Part shown: positions 38,545 to 48,122 of the stretch, one piece after another | How positions within the stretch are numbered: the stretch's first letter is position 1 | Layout: each line of letters opens with the position of its first letter | From: an uncultured bacterium | GTDB lineage: Bacteria; Hydrothermota; UBA3073; NMUJ01; CBEVQO01 | Direction: 5' to 3' | DNA: 64,000 bases | Assembly (NCBI GenBank): GCA_965552055.1 | Contig: CBEVQO010000006.1 | Coordinates: 1-64,000 of the forward strand | Notes under the pieces: model-generated | Told to the model about the DNA's origin: nothing | The model's database searches: none | Seen by the model: only the letters and a program-made list of their open reading frames with translations | Position numbers and translations under genes: made by a program

Positions 38545-39069
38545 TTATATTTCTTTTATAGTTCTTAAAAATTCAAGAGGTCGCATTTTACCTATCCTGC
38601 CTGCGGGCTTTACATCACCAGCTAAAAAATCTATCTTCTTCCACATGTTTTTATGAATCCTTACATCTGCAGGAGACAAAACTAAACCTTCATAGCCATC
38701 TTTTGCCACGGGAATATGACCTTCTTTCAACAATATCCAGCCTTTTTCCTTCCTGAAAATATAATGTTCCCTTAGAAGATATTGCCAGTCTTTTTCATCA
38801 AGTATGTAAAAGTCGCGTTTTCCATTTTCAAAATCAACAAAAATTAAGAGAGTATTTTTCCCTTTAATCCCTCTAATACCTCGCCAGACTTTCCCCTGTT
38901 TTGCTTTAACCTGCACCTTTATGACTTTACCGTCTTTTTCAACAAAAATATCCGTCTGCTTATATTTTCCCATTGTTATTGAAACACTATATCCTCTCAA
39001 TAAAAGTTCTGATGCAACAGCAAATTCGCCTGCCAAATCCAGAGCATCTTTACTCAACCTTTTGCTCAT
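38545..39069 (-). CDS. PD-(D/E)XK restriction-endonuclease-like protein
   Basis: AGEFAVASELL.RGY (helix-1 E), TDIFV (D), VQVK (QxK variant). Confidence 0.65.
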   Translation of the reverse strand: MSKRLSKDALDLAGEFAVASELLLRGYSVSITMGKYKQTDIFVEKDGKVIKVQVKAKQGKVWRGIRGIKGKNTLLIFVDFENGKRDFYILDEKDWQYLLREHYIFRKEKGWILLKEGHIPVAKDGYEGLVLSPADVRIHKNMWKKIDFLAGDVKPAGRIGKMRPLEFLRTIKEI

Positions 39070-39598
39070 TTTCTTTCTCTTCGCTACCTTCTTTTTCTAC
39101 TTTCTCAAACTGATATATGCCAACTTTCTCATATTCTTCCGGTGTAATCTCCACTCCCTTCAACATTTTATCAACAACTTCTGTCAATGCTTCGAGTATT
39201 GCTTTTATTTTATGCAAAAAACTATCCCTGTAAGCTTTCAAAACTTCGCAATCTTTTTCGATTTCCGCACGCTTCAAATATGCCTCCTTTATTATCTTAT
39301 CCGCCTCTATTTTTGCCTTATCAATTATTTCCTGTGCCTGCTTCTCCGCTGTCCTTTTTAATTTCTCCATAGATTCTTTTGCAGATAAAATTGTTTCCTT
39401 TAATAAATCTTCCATCTCTTCATAAGTTTTTACTTTTTCTTCGTATTCTTTATTTTGTAGCATTAATTTTTCGAATTCATCGGCGATTAATTCGAGCCAT
39501 TTATGTACTTCTTTCGGGTCATATCCTCTGGCTTTCTTTTTAAATTTTAAATTTCTAATTTCTGCTGGCGTTATAGCCATATCACCTCCTCTCACCAA
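39050..39598 (-). CDS. divIVA: DivIVA domain protein
   Basis: ITPAEI....FKKKARGYDPKEV..WL, coiled-coil; likely start at MAITP. Confidence 0.9.
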   Translation of the reverse strand: MVRGGDMAITPAEIRNLKFKKKARGYDPKEVHKWLELIADEFEKLMLQNKEYEEKVKTYEEMEDLLKETILSAKESMEKLKRTAEKQAQEIIDKAKIEADKIIKEAYLKRAEIEKDCEVLKAYRDSFLHKIKAILEALTEVVDKMLKGVEITPEEYEKVGIYQFEKVEKEGSEEKENEQKVE

Positions 39599-40250
39599 AA
39601 ATTGCCCTGCCTATTCTTATCATATTTGAACCTTCTTCAATTGCTATTTCAAAATCATCGGTCATCCCCATCGATAAAAATTTCATCTCTACTCCAATTA
39701 TATTCAAACTATCAATTTTGTCAAATAATTTTCGAAGAGTTCTAAAACTATCACGGGGCTCACGCCCCAAAGGTCCTATTGTCATCAAACCCTTTATCCT
39801 TATCCTGTCAAATTCAGAAACTTTTTTAACAAAATCGATTACCTCATCGGGATGCAAACCAAACTTTGTTGGCTCAAAAGATGTGTTTACTTCTACTAAA
39901 ACATCGATAGGCTGTGTGGCACGCTTTTGAATCTCTTCAGCCAGTCTCAAGCTATCAAGCGATTGTATACATTTAAAAATTTGAAGCGCTTTTTTGACTT
40001 TATTTCTTTGAAGATGACCAATCATATGCCATTCAACTTTGTCTCCGATGATTTCATATTTTTGCAATGCCTCTTGAACCCTATTTTCACCGATTATTTT
40101 AATGCCACAATCTATAGCTTCCAGAATTTTTTCAGGAGGAACAGTTTTTGTAGCTCCGACAATTATGATTTCTTCGGGATTTCTACCGCATTTTTTACAA
40201 ACTCTGTCAATGCGTTCTCGAAGTTTTTCGATATTTTCTTTAACGCTCAC
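39582..40250 (-). CDS. yggS: PLP homeostasis protein
   Basis: GENRVQE, WHMIGHLQRNK, GLMTI, LSMGM..DFEIAIEEGS.MIRIG. Confidence 0.96.
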   Translation of the reverse strand: MSVKENIEKLRERIDRVCKKCGRNPEEIIIVGATKTVPPEKILEAIDCGIKIIGENRVQEALQKYEIIGDKVEWHMIGHLQRNKVKKALQIFKCIQSLDSLRLAEEIQKRATQPIDVLVEVNTSFEPTKFGLHPDEVIDFVKKVSEFDRIRIKGLMTIGPLGREPRDSFRTLRKLFDKIDSLNIIGVEMKFLSMGMTDDFEIAIEEGSNMIRIGRAIFGERR

Positions 40251-40340
40251 AATAAAATTTAATCTTTATATAGCAATGTCAACCATTTTTGAATTGACAA
40301 AGTAATATTTTAATTAAATTGTGGGAAAATAGGGGGGAGG
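40251..40340. promoter_or_regulatory. Divergent promoters
   Basis: Minus: TTGACA 40282-40277, N15, TAAATT, 5 nt, GTG 40250. Plus: TTGACA 40294-40299, N15, TAAATT 40315-40320, then GGGGGAGG RBS. Confidence 0.75.
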
Positions 40341-41750
40341 ATGATAAAATATCAATCGCCAGAAATTCCTGAAGAAGTCAGGAAAATTATCGAAAGAGAC
40401 AGGAAAGTGATGTACGGTGCTCACACGAAGACACCTGAAATTCCTCTTGTTGTAAAGCGCGCAAAAGGATGCTGGATTGAAGATATTACAGGGAAAAAAT
40501 ATTTGGATTTATGTGCTAATTTCTGTGTTGCATCCACTGGTCACTGTCATCCTGCTGTTGTGCGCGCGATACAGGAACAGGCAGAGGAAGTATTACATGT
40601 AGGGGCTTGCGATTTTTATCATGAAGCACAGATAAAACTCGCTGAAAAATTGGTGGAGATTACTCCGGGAAATGAACCCAAAAAAGTTTTTTATCCCAAT
40701 ACAGGGGCAGAATGCCTTGAAGCTACAATGAAAATGGCAAAATATTATACGAAAAGACCGAAAGTTATCTCATTTTTTGGTGCTTTTCATGGAAGAACCT
40801 ATGCAGGTATGACACTGAGTGGAAGTAAAAAGGTGCAGAGAGCAGGTTTCGGACCACTTATTCCAGAAGTTTATCACACTCTTTACCCTTATTGCTATAG
40901 ATGCCCCCTTGATAAAAAATATCCAGAATGTAAAGAGGGAGAACCCGAGCGCTATGGCGTCAAAATGTTACCTTGTGTTAGATTTTTGACAGACGAAATT
41001 TTCGAAAGATTGGTAGACCCTTATGAAGTAGCAGCAATTTTCGTAGAGCCGATACAGGGTGAAGGAGGATACATAGTGCCTCCTCCTGAATTTTTAAAAC
41101 TGTTAAGAGGAATTTGCGATGAATTTGGAATAATTCTCATTGCCGATGAAATACAGTGCGGTTTGGGTAGAACAGGCAAATGGTGGGCAGTAGAGCATTT
41201 TGGTATTGTTCCTGATGCTATCTGTATTGCGAAAGGTATTGCTTCGGGCATACCCATGGCAGCAGTAATAGCAAAGGCAAAATTTATGGACCCATCGGTT
41301 GATAAAAATGCATGGGCTTATGCATCACATGGTAACACTTTTGGAGGAAATCCAGTTGCATGCGCAGCAGCACTCGTTACAATAGAACTTATTGAAAAAG
41401 AATTCATGAAAAATGCAAAAGAAGTTGGAGATTTTATTATATCAGAGCTAAAAAAGATGCAGGAAAATCATAGAATAATCGGAGATGTTAGAGGATTGGG
41501 ACTTATGATAGGGTTTGAGCTGGTTAAGGATAAAGAAACAAAAGAACCTTTCCCACCGCAAGTGACAAAAGATGGCAAAAACATAAAAGAAGTGTTCATG
41601 GGAATGGCATTCAAGAGAGGGCTTATAATGGAAGGATGTGGTAAAAGCGCGATGAGAATATCACCGCCATTGAGCATCACAAAAGAGGAAGCACAAAAGG
41701 CACTCGAAATAATTGAAGATATAATTACAGAAATCGAAAAAGAAATTTAA
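40341..41750 (+). CDS. Class III PLP aminotransferase (4-aminobutyrate/acetylornithine type)
   Basis: GAFHGRT, EPIQGEGG, DEIQCGLGRTG, AKGIASG, TFGGNP. Confidence 0.93.
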   Translation: MIKYQSPEIPEEVRKIIERDRKVMYGAHTKTPEIPLVVKRAKGCWIEDITGKKYLDLCANFCVASTGHCHPAVVRAIQEQAEEVLHVGACDFYHEAQIKLAEKLVEITPGNEPKKVFYPNTGAECLEATMKMAKYYTKRPKVISFFGAFHGRTYAGMTLSGSKKVQRAGFGPLIPEVYHTLYPYCYRCPLDKKYPECKEGEPERYGVKMLPCVRFLTDEIFERLVDPYEVAAIFVEPIQGEGGYIVPPPEFLKLLRGICDEFGIILIADEIQCGLGRTGKWWAVEHFGIVPDAICIAKGIASGIPMAAVIAKAKFMDPSVDKNAWAYASHGNTFGGNPVACAAALVTIELIEKEFMKNAKEVGDFIISELKKMQENHRIIGDVRGLGLMIGFELVKDKETKEPFPPQVTKDGKNIKEVFMGMAFKRGLIMEGCGKSAMRISPPLSITKEEAQKALEIIEDIITEIEKEI

Positions 41751-41751
41751 A

Positions 41752-42111
41752 TTGAAAATAGGAATAGACATTGTAAAAGTGTCTCGTATCCGACAGCTTT
41801 TAGAAAAATATGGAGATAAATTTTTAAAAAGGGTATATACGGAAAAAGAAATAGAACAATGCAGTAAAAAGGGGTATTTTATTGAATCGCTTGCCGGGCG
41901 TTTTGCAGCAAAAGAAGCAGTACTTAAAGCACTTGGCACAGGCAAAGCAATTGGTATCAGATGGCGCGATGTGGAAATTCTGGATACAGGACATAAACCA
42001 CCAGAAGTAAACCTTTATGGAATACCAAGAGAAAAATTAGGGGAGAGGCATATAGAGATAAGTATTTCACACGAAAGAGAATTTGCAATAGCTGTTTGTA
42101 TAATTTTTTAA
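41752..42111 (+). CDS. acpS: Holo-ACP synthase
   Basis: GIDIV, AGRFAAKEA..KA, SISHE. Confidence 0.95.
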   Translation: MKIGIDIVKVSRIRQLLEKYGDKFLKRVYTEKEIEQCSKKGYFIESLAGRFAAKEAVLKALGTGKAIGIRWRDVEILDTGHKPPEVNLYGIPREKLGERHIEISISHEREFAIAVCIIF

Positions 42112-42971
42112 ATAGAAAAATTATCAGATTTTTTAAAAACAAGTGAGTTTAAAGGTAAATTAGTTTCATCAGCTACTGGCTGGCATTTCACTTTAAATAA
42201 AAAGAAAACAGGTGCTTTAACTTCAGAAAGAGCCTCGAAATTTCCTTGCCCTTTACTTATTATCAATTGTGATGAGAAAAATAATTCTTTAAAGGAATCA
42301 GAGCAATATTCCAGCAGAATACCCGGTGCATCGCATCCTGAGTTTATGATTTCACAAACTTCATTTAAGCCGGATTTCACAGCATCATCATAGGTAGCAT
42401 CATTCAAGACAGGCACCCCTTTCACAACATATAAAACCTTTTTATCAAGACGATTTAATTCTTCAATCAAAACCCTATCAAAAACAGTCTCACCGGCATT
42501 ATCTCCGAGATAAAGTATTACTTTAACATTGTTTAAGCATTTCTTAAACTCCTCATAATCAAATACTTTAAATTCACAATTTAAAGTTTCTTCAACATCT
42601 TTGAGGGGGTCGAATTCTTCACCTCTTCCGAAATCAATGACATTCCCCGCTACTGCTATTTTTATAGCACATGATAAAGGATCTGAGGATTTTTCCACAT
42701 CCTTTTTTAGTTCACAATATAATTTTTTGGCAATTTCAATGTGTTTTTCTTTATCTTTTTTATAAGGGTCATAAACTTTTGTATATTTTTTCGGTAAATT
42801 ATGTACAATTCTACCTGCGTGTGTAGGGGTTGGTAAACTCATGAGAGTGGGGAGTAAATTTGCTACATCCATCAAAACTTTTCGTTGTATTTCAAGGGAA
42901 TTCGTTGCTTTCTTTGTGGTTGTCAATGCCTGTCGAAATAAACAGGGAACACAATCAATCTTCAACTTCAT
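42108..42971 (-). CDS. DUF89/ARMT1-like damage-control phosphatase
   Basis: C.PC, DPY, AGNVIDFG, DNAGE, NDAT, SKGQGNFE, KC. Confidence 0.92.
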   Translation of the reverse strand: MKLKIDCVPCLFRQALTTTKKATNSLEIQRKVLMDVANLLPTLMSLPTPTHAGRIVHNLPKKYTKVYDPYKKDKEKHIEIAKKLYCELKKDVEKSSDPLSCAIKIAVAGNVIDFGRGEEFDPLKDVEETLNCEFKVFDYEEFKKCLNNVKVILYLGDNAGETVFDRVLIEELNRLDKKVLYVVKGVPVLNDATYDDAVKSGLNEVCEIINSGCDAPGILLEYCSDSFKELFFSSQLIISKGQGNFEALSEVKAPVFFLFKVKCQPVADETNLPLNSLVFKKSDNFSI

Positions 42972-43785
42972 AGCCAGCGAATTTTAAAAATTCCTCAACA
43001 TCTTCGTATCGCACTTTAAATTTACCTATTTGAGGATATTTTGGTACATCTCCATGACTATCCGAGCCCCCTGTCATTAACAGGTTATATTTCTTGCATA
43101 ATCCCTTCAAAAATTCAACATCTTTATCATCATGAAAGGGATGCCACACTTCAAGACCCTGTACTTTCGCATTAATCACTTCATAAATCAAATTTTTATT
43201 ATCAAGTTTACAGGGATGAGCAAGCACAGGTATACCACCTGCGTCTTTTATCGCTCTCACAATGTCTTTAGGTTCTGGGACAATCTTGGGAACAAAACAC
43301 GGTCTATCTTCACCCAGATAAAGTTTGAAAGCTTCGAGACGCTCTTTTACAACACCAAGTTCAACAAGTGTCTCTGCAATATGAGGACGGCCAAGTACAT
43401 GTGGCTTTGCATATTTTAAAACATCCTCAAATTTTATTTTGACACCATGTTCGTTTAGTTTTTCAATTATTTTCTTCGCTCTTTCGATTCTACTTTTTCT
43501 TATCTCACAAAGTAAATCATTAATGGCAGAATCATGGTAATTTATGTTATATCCTAAAATATGGATGCTTTGTCTATTAATACTTGCAGATACTTCGACA
43601 GCAGGTATTACTTTAATTCCCAGATTTTTTCCAGCTTTGAGTGCTTCATCTATACCATCGATTGAATCGTGGTCAGCGATTGCAGCAACCACAATGCCAT
43701 GTTCTTTCGCACGAAGAAGTGACTGGGTGGGAGAAAGGGTGCCATCAGAAAAGGTTGTATGAATATGTAAATCAACCCATTTCAT
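42955..43785 (-). CDS. PHP domain phosphoesterase (TrpH/YciV-like)
   Basis: DLHIHT..SDG, DHD, HILGY, GRPHIA, LAHP, GGSDSHG. Confidence 0.93.
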   Translation of the reverse strand: MKWVDLHIHTTFSDGTLSPTQSLLRAKEHGIVVAAIADHDSIDGIDEALKAGKNLGIKVIPAVEVSASINRQSIHILGYNINYHDSAINDLLCEIRKSRIERAKKIIEKLNEHGVKIKFEDVLKYAKPHVLGRPHIAETLVELGVVKERLEAFKLYLGEDRPCFVPKIVPEPKDIVRAIKDAGGIPVLAHPCKLDNKNLIYEVINAKVQGLEVWHPFHDDKDVEFLKGLCKKYNLLMTGGSDSHGDVPKYPQIGKFKVRYEDVEEFLKFAGYEVED

Positions 43786-44269
43786 TTAGTTTCTCCTTCA
43801 TTTTTTTCCGAACAATTTCCGGAACAAAACTCGAGATGTCTCCACCGAGGCGCGCAAGTTCACGCACTAAACTTGAACTTAAAAAAGAATATTTCTCACA
43901 GGGCATAAAAAATATCACTTCAAAATCAGGAAACATCCTTCTATTTGCCATAGCCATTTGAAATTCAAATTCAAAATCCGAAACAGCTCTCAAGCCCCTT
44001 ATTACCGTATTTAAACCATGAGAACGCAGATAATCTACAAGCAAGCCCTGTAATACATCGACTTCAACCCTTTTTTCTTCTTTAAAAATTTCTTTAACAA
44101 TTTCTACCCTTTCTTGAAGCGAGAAAAATGGATTTTTTTCTTTTCTTTCAGCAACTAAAATGATGACTTTATCAAAAATTTTTAAAGCCCTTTTAACGAC
44201 ATCTACATGACCGTTGGTTATGGGGTCAAAAGTCCCGGGATATACCGCTATTTTAGCGCTCAATCCCAT
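43772..44269 (-). CDS. coaD: Pantetheine-phosphate adenylyltransferase
   Basis: YPGTFDPITNGH, RGLRAVSDFEFE, SSSLVRE. Confidence 0.97.
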   Translation of the reverse strand: MGLSAKIAVYPGTFDPITNGHVDVVKRALKIFDKVIILVAERKEKNPFFSLQERVEIVKEIFKEEKRVEVDVLQGLLVDYLRSHGLNTVIRGLRAVSDFEFEFQMAMANRRMFPDFEVIFFMPCEKYSFLSSSLVRELARLGGDISSFVPEIVRKKMKEKLNEMG

Positions 44270-44492
44270 ATCTTTCCCTTAATATCAATCTTAAATAGGA
44301 AAGAGAGGTCTTTAATCTCCTTATTTCACTGGTTAATAAAATTCTGGAAGCATCGAGGATGATGATTTCCCTTTTCCAGTGATTTATTTCGGAATGCAAT
44401 TTCAAAAGCCTTATTAAGCCATATTTACTGAATACAAGAAAATAAATCGCCAGAAGCAAGAATATAAGATTAAATAATTTTCTTCCTTTCAT
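44253..44492 (-). CDS. Septum formation initiator (FtsB/DivIC-like)
   Basis: TM then FSKYGL, leucine-zipper, RE.YG; start ATG 44492 downstream of promoter. Confidence 0.6.
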   Translation of the reverse strand: MKGRKLFNLIFLLLAIYFLVFSKYGLIRLLKLHSEINHWKREIIILDASRILLTSEIRRLKTSLSYLRLILRERYGIER

Positions 44493-44567
44493 AGCACTTA
44501 ATCTAATCAAAATTTCAAAAAGTCAAGATATTTTGTTGACAAAATATTTATTCGATTATAATAAAGG
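44493..44567. promoter_or_regulatory. Divergent promoters
   Basis: Minus: TTGACT 44526-44521, N15, TAGATT. Plus: TTGACA 44536-44541, N15, TATAAT 44557-44562, 5 nt, ATG 44568. Confidence 0.75.
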
Positions 44568-45116
44568 ATGGCGAGGAAAGTTCCAAAAACAGATATTTTT
44601 ATTCAGAATGTGCAGAGATTTTTCTATAAATTAACGAAATACAGAAATTATGTGTTTATTGGAATTGCTGGGCTAATTGTAATATGTGCGGTTGCGGGTT
44701 ACATAAAGAAAACGAATTTTGAGAAAGAGCTCGTGGCTAAGAGGCTATTTTACAATGCACTTTCTGACTACACTGCTGGAAATATTCAAAGGGCTTTGGA
44801 ATCTTTCAAAGAAATTACAAAGAGTTATGGAGGGACAAGGGTTGGTGCAAGGGCTCTTTATTATCTTGCGAACTGTTACTATTATCTCGGGAAATTTGAA
44901 GAAGCCAGAGAATCATTTGAAAAAGTATTGAAAAAGACGAAAGATGAAATTTTTTGTCAGGGTGCGTTACTCGGCATAGCAGATTGTTATCTTCAGGAAG
45001 GCAAAATTTTAGAAGCAAAAGAATACTATGAGAAAGTCAAAAAGAGGTTCCCGGGCACACCTGTAGCGGAGCTCGCAAAAAGGCGACTCTCCCTCATTTC
45101 TACCAATGTCCAATAA
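44568..45116 (+). CDS. Membrane-anchored TPR protein (YfgM/CpoB-like)
   Basis: One TM then TPRs (ALYYLANCYY, ALLGIADCY). Confidence 0.8.
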   Translation: MARKVPKTDIFIQNVQRFFYKLTKYRNYVFIGIAGLIVICAVAGYIKKTNFEKELVAKRLFYNALSDYTAGNIQRALESFKEITKSYGGTRVGARALYYLANCYYYLGKFEEARESFEKVLKKTKDEIFCQGALLGIADCYLQEGKILEAKEYYEKVKKRFPGTPVAELAKRRLSLISTNVQ

Positions 45117-46371
45117 GGTCTCTTATGTAAACTTACTTATTATATTGGGTGGGTGTTTCAGGCTCGCCGATGTAAAGGCTTATTTCAACACAATGTATAT
45201 GGCTCGAGAATATTATAAAAAAGGCGATTACAAAAAATGCATCGAAAATTGCGAAAGAATAATAAAATATCATTCAAAATCTAAATATGTGCCCGAAGCT
45301 ATCTATCTCATAGCAAAATCATCCTTCCACCTCAAAAAATATAGAGAAGCCGAAAAAAAATATTTCGAATTTTTATCTCTATACCCCGATCATCCTCTCA
45401 AATTAAAAGTGCTCATCGGTTTAAGCGAGGTGAAAATCGAAAAAGGCGAATTCGATGACGCAATCTATTACATACAGAAAGCACTCAAAGAAGCTAAAGG
45501 ATACACAAAGAAACTAATCTATATAAGACTGCTTAATCTTCATTTCAAATTGAAGAATTATGAAGAAGTACTTAATCTTGGGAAATCTTACTTAACCTGC
45601 AAAAAGAACCCTTTTAGATTAGAGATAATGCTACTGATGGCTAAGGCAGCGGATTCTCTGCAAAATTTCGAACTCGCATTGAACTATAAAAAGAGAATTT
45701 ATAAGAAACAAAAATCCGATTCACTTCTTTTCAGTATCGCAACAGATTTGCAAAACCTAGGAGAAAATGAAAAGGCGATTAAATACTTCAAAAAACTTTT
45801 AAAATCTTTAAAGGATAAAAAACTTCTACCAAAAATCCATTATCGTATGGCAATCAGCTACAATGCAATGGGTTTAACGGATAGCGCTATACATCACCTT
45901 GAAATAAGTAAAATACCCGAAGCTTACTTCTTGCTCGGAAAAATATACGAACAGAATAAAAAATTCGAAGAAGCCTGTAAATACTATCAGAAAGTCCCAA
46001 AAAATACTAAATTCAGTAAAGAAGCGATATTGAGATTTTCGAGACTTAAAAGATATCTGGAATACCGTAAAGATACACTTATAACGGCAAAATCTACTTT
46101 TATACTGGGAGAAATATTCTGGATGGAATTTAATCAACTCGATAGTGCTATTTATTATTACTCAAAGGTATTAAATGAGTTTCCCGAATCAGAATACGCT
46201 CCAAAGGCTTTATTCTGTATCGCATGGATTTATGAAAAATACAAAGCAGATACCGCAAAAGCACTAGAAAGTTATACAAAACTATGTGAAATGTTTCCGC
46301 AAACAGATTACGCAAAAGCAGCAAGATGCGCAATCGAGAGATTGGAAAAAAATGAGAATAATATCAAATGA
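45106..46371 (+). CDS. TPR-repeat lipoprotein
   Basis: LGGC lipobox-like, YFNTMY.A, multiple TPRs. Confidence 0.8.
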   Translation: MSNKVSYVNLLIILGGCFRLADVKAYFNTMYMAREYYKKGDYKKCIENCERIIKYHSKSKYVPEAIYLIAKSSFHLKKYREAEKKYFEFLSLYPDHPLKLKVLIGLSEVKIEKGEFDDAIYYIQKALKEAKGYTKKLIYIRLLNLHFKLKNYEEVLNLGKSYLTCKKNPFRLEIMLLMAKAADSLQNFELALNYKKRIYKKQKSDSLLFSIATDLQNLGENEKAIKYFKKLLKSLKDKKLLPKIHYRMAISYNAMGLTDSAIHHLEISKIPEAYFLLGKIYEQNKKFEEACKYYQKVPKNTKFSKEAILRFSRLKRYLEYRKDTLITAKSTFILGEIFWMEFNQLDSAIYYYSKVLNEFPESEYAPKALFCIAWIYEKYKADTAKALESYTKLCEMFPQTDYAKAARCAIERLEKNENNIK

Positions 46372-47071
46372 AAATATAGGAAAAAATATTTATTTGATGA
46401 GATTAGAAGGTTTAAAAGGAGAAGTTTATCCCTTCCAGTTCTTCATGTTCAAAATAAGAGAAGAAGATACACCCCTCTTGCGAAGACCTTTCAGTGTTCA
46501 CAATGCTTATCTTCATTACTTAGAAATACTTTACAAGGTAAGAGGAAAGGGAACAGAGTTACTTTCGCGAAAAAAACAGGGTGATTATTTAGATGTTGTG
46601 GGACCTCTTGGTAAGCCTTTTCTCCCTTCTCCCGGCAACTATACGCTTATAGCTGGCGGAATGGGTATAGCACCTCTGCTTTTTCTCGCAAAATTTATAA
46701 AAGGAGAAATAAAATTTTTAGTGGGATGCAAATCGTATGAACTTTATCCTGTTATTGAAAAATGCAAAGATTATGGAAAGGTATTTGTATGCACGGAGGA
46801 TGGTTCTCTTGGAGAAAGAGGTATAATAACTGACTTTTTAGAAGAAATAAGCAAAAAATCAAAAGTAATAGCATGTGGACCAATTGAGATGTTGAAAAAA
46901 ATTAAGAAATATTGTGAAGAAAGAAAAATAAAATGTTATCTTTCCCTTGAAAGAAGGATGGGTTGCGGGATAGGTGCATGTAAAGGTTGCGCAGTAAAAG
47001 CAGAAAAGGGAGGTTATTATTATGTGTGCAAAGATGGACCAGTGTTTGAATCTACCACAATCAGAATTTAA
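46352..47071 (+). CDS. pyrK: Dihydroorotate dehydrogenase electron transfer subunit
   Basis: LRRPFS, GPLG, AGGMGIAPL, ACGP, MGCGIGAC.GC, VC.DGPVF. Confidence 0.9.
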   Translation: MRIISNENIGKNIYLMRLEGLKGEVYPFQFFMFKIREEDTPLLRRPFSVHNAYLHYLEILYKVRGKGTELLSRKKQGDYLDVVGPLGKPFLPSPGNYTLIAGGMGIAPLLFLAKFIKGEIKFLVGCKSYELYPVIEKCKDYGKVFVCTEDGSLGERGIITDFLEEISKKSKVIACGPIEMLKKIKKYCEERKIKCYLSLERRMGCGIGACKGCAVKAEKGGYYYVCKDGPVFESTTIRI

Positions 47072-48122
47072 AGAAAGACAGGAAAAACTGAGAAAAATGA
47101 TGAAAAAAATAGATGCACTTATAATCATGAACCCGATAAATGTTTATTATCTAACGGGATTCGAAGGAGCAGGATATCTCTTAATAACGCCAACACAAAC
47201 CCTTCTTTACACAGGCTTTATAGATAAGGAACCAGCAAAAAATGCAGTTTGCGACGATGTTATAATATTGAAAGGAAAATTGAATATCGGAATGATAAAA
47301 ACTGCTCCCTTTAAACATCTTAAAAATATAGGTATAGAATCTTCAATTTCGTATGCGGAATTTATGCATTTGCAGAAACTATTGAAGAAAAAGAGAAAAA
47401 GATTAATACCTGTAACAGGAAAAGTTGAGACATTGCGATTAACAAAATCAGAAGAAGAAATAAAATTAATAAAAAAAGCTGCAGAAATATCGGATGAAGT
47501 TTTTGGGGAAATACAAAAGATGATAAAACCCGGAATCACAGAAAGAGAGATTGCAATTGAGATAGATTATCAATTAAAAAAGAAAGGTGCCAGAAGAGCG
47601 TCTTTTGAAGTCATAGTAGCTGCAGGTGAGAATGGAGCTCTCCCCCATGCCATTTCAGGCGATTATAAAATAAAAGAAGGAGATATGATAACGATTGATA
47701 TGGGAGCACAATACAAAGGATATTGCTCTGACATGACAAGAACATTTGCGGTTGGAGAGCCTTCTCAAGAGATGAAAAAAATTTATAAAATCGTAAAAGA
47801 AGCTCAGGAGAGAGCAATCGAAGCAGTTAAACCCGGTATAAAGGTGCGTGAACTCGATAAAATAGCGAGGGATTTTATAAAGAAAGAGGGATTCGGGAAA
47901 TATTTTGGTCATTCGTTGGGACACGGTATAGGTCTTCAGGTGCACGAAGCTCCGAGAGTATCATGGCTTGGCAAAGGAGAACTTAAAGAAAATATGGTGA
48001 TTACAATAGAACCAGGGATTTACATTCCGGGAAAGGGCGGGGTAAGAATAGAAGATATGGTGGTTGTAAGAAAAGAAGGTCCAGAAATTTTAACTAAATC
48101 CGAGAAAATCGAAATCCTTTAA
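47022..48122 (+). CDS. Xaa-Pro aminopeptidase (M24B)
   Basis: YLTGF, IDMGA..GYCSDMTRT, HSLGHGIG..VHE, EPGIY, GVRIED. Confidence 0.95.
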   Translation: MCAKMDQCLNLPQSEFKERQEKLRKMMKKIDALIIMNPINVYYLTGFEGAGYLLITPTQTLLYTGFIDKEPAKNAVCDDVIILKGKLNIGMIKTAPFKHLKNIGIESSISYAEFMHLQKLLKKKRKRLIPVTGKVETLRLTKSEEEIKLIKKAAEISDEVFGEIQKMIKPGITEREIAIEIDYQLKKKGARRASFEVIVAAGENGALPHAISGDYKIKEGDMITIDMGAQYKGYCSDMTRTFAVGEPSQEMKKIYKIVKEAQERAIEAVKPGIKVRELDKIARDFIKKEGFGKYFGHSLGHGIGLQVHEAPRVSWLGKGELKENMVITIEPGIYIPGKGGVRIEDMVVVRKEGPEILTKSEKIEIL

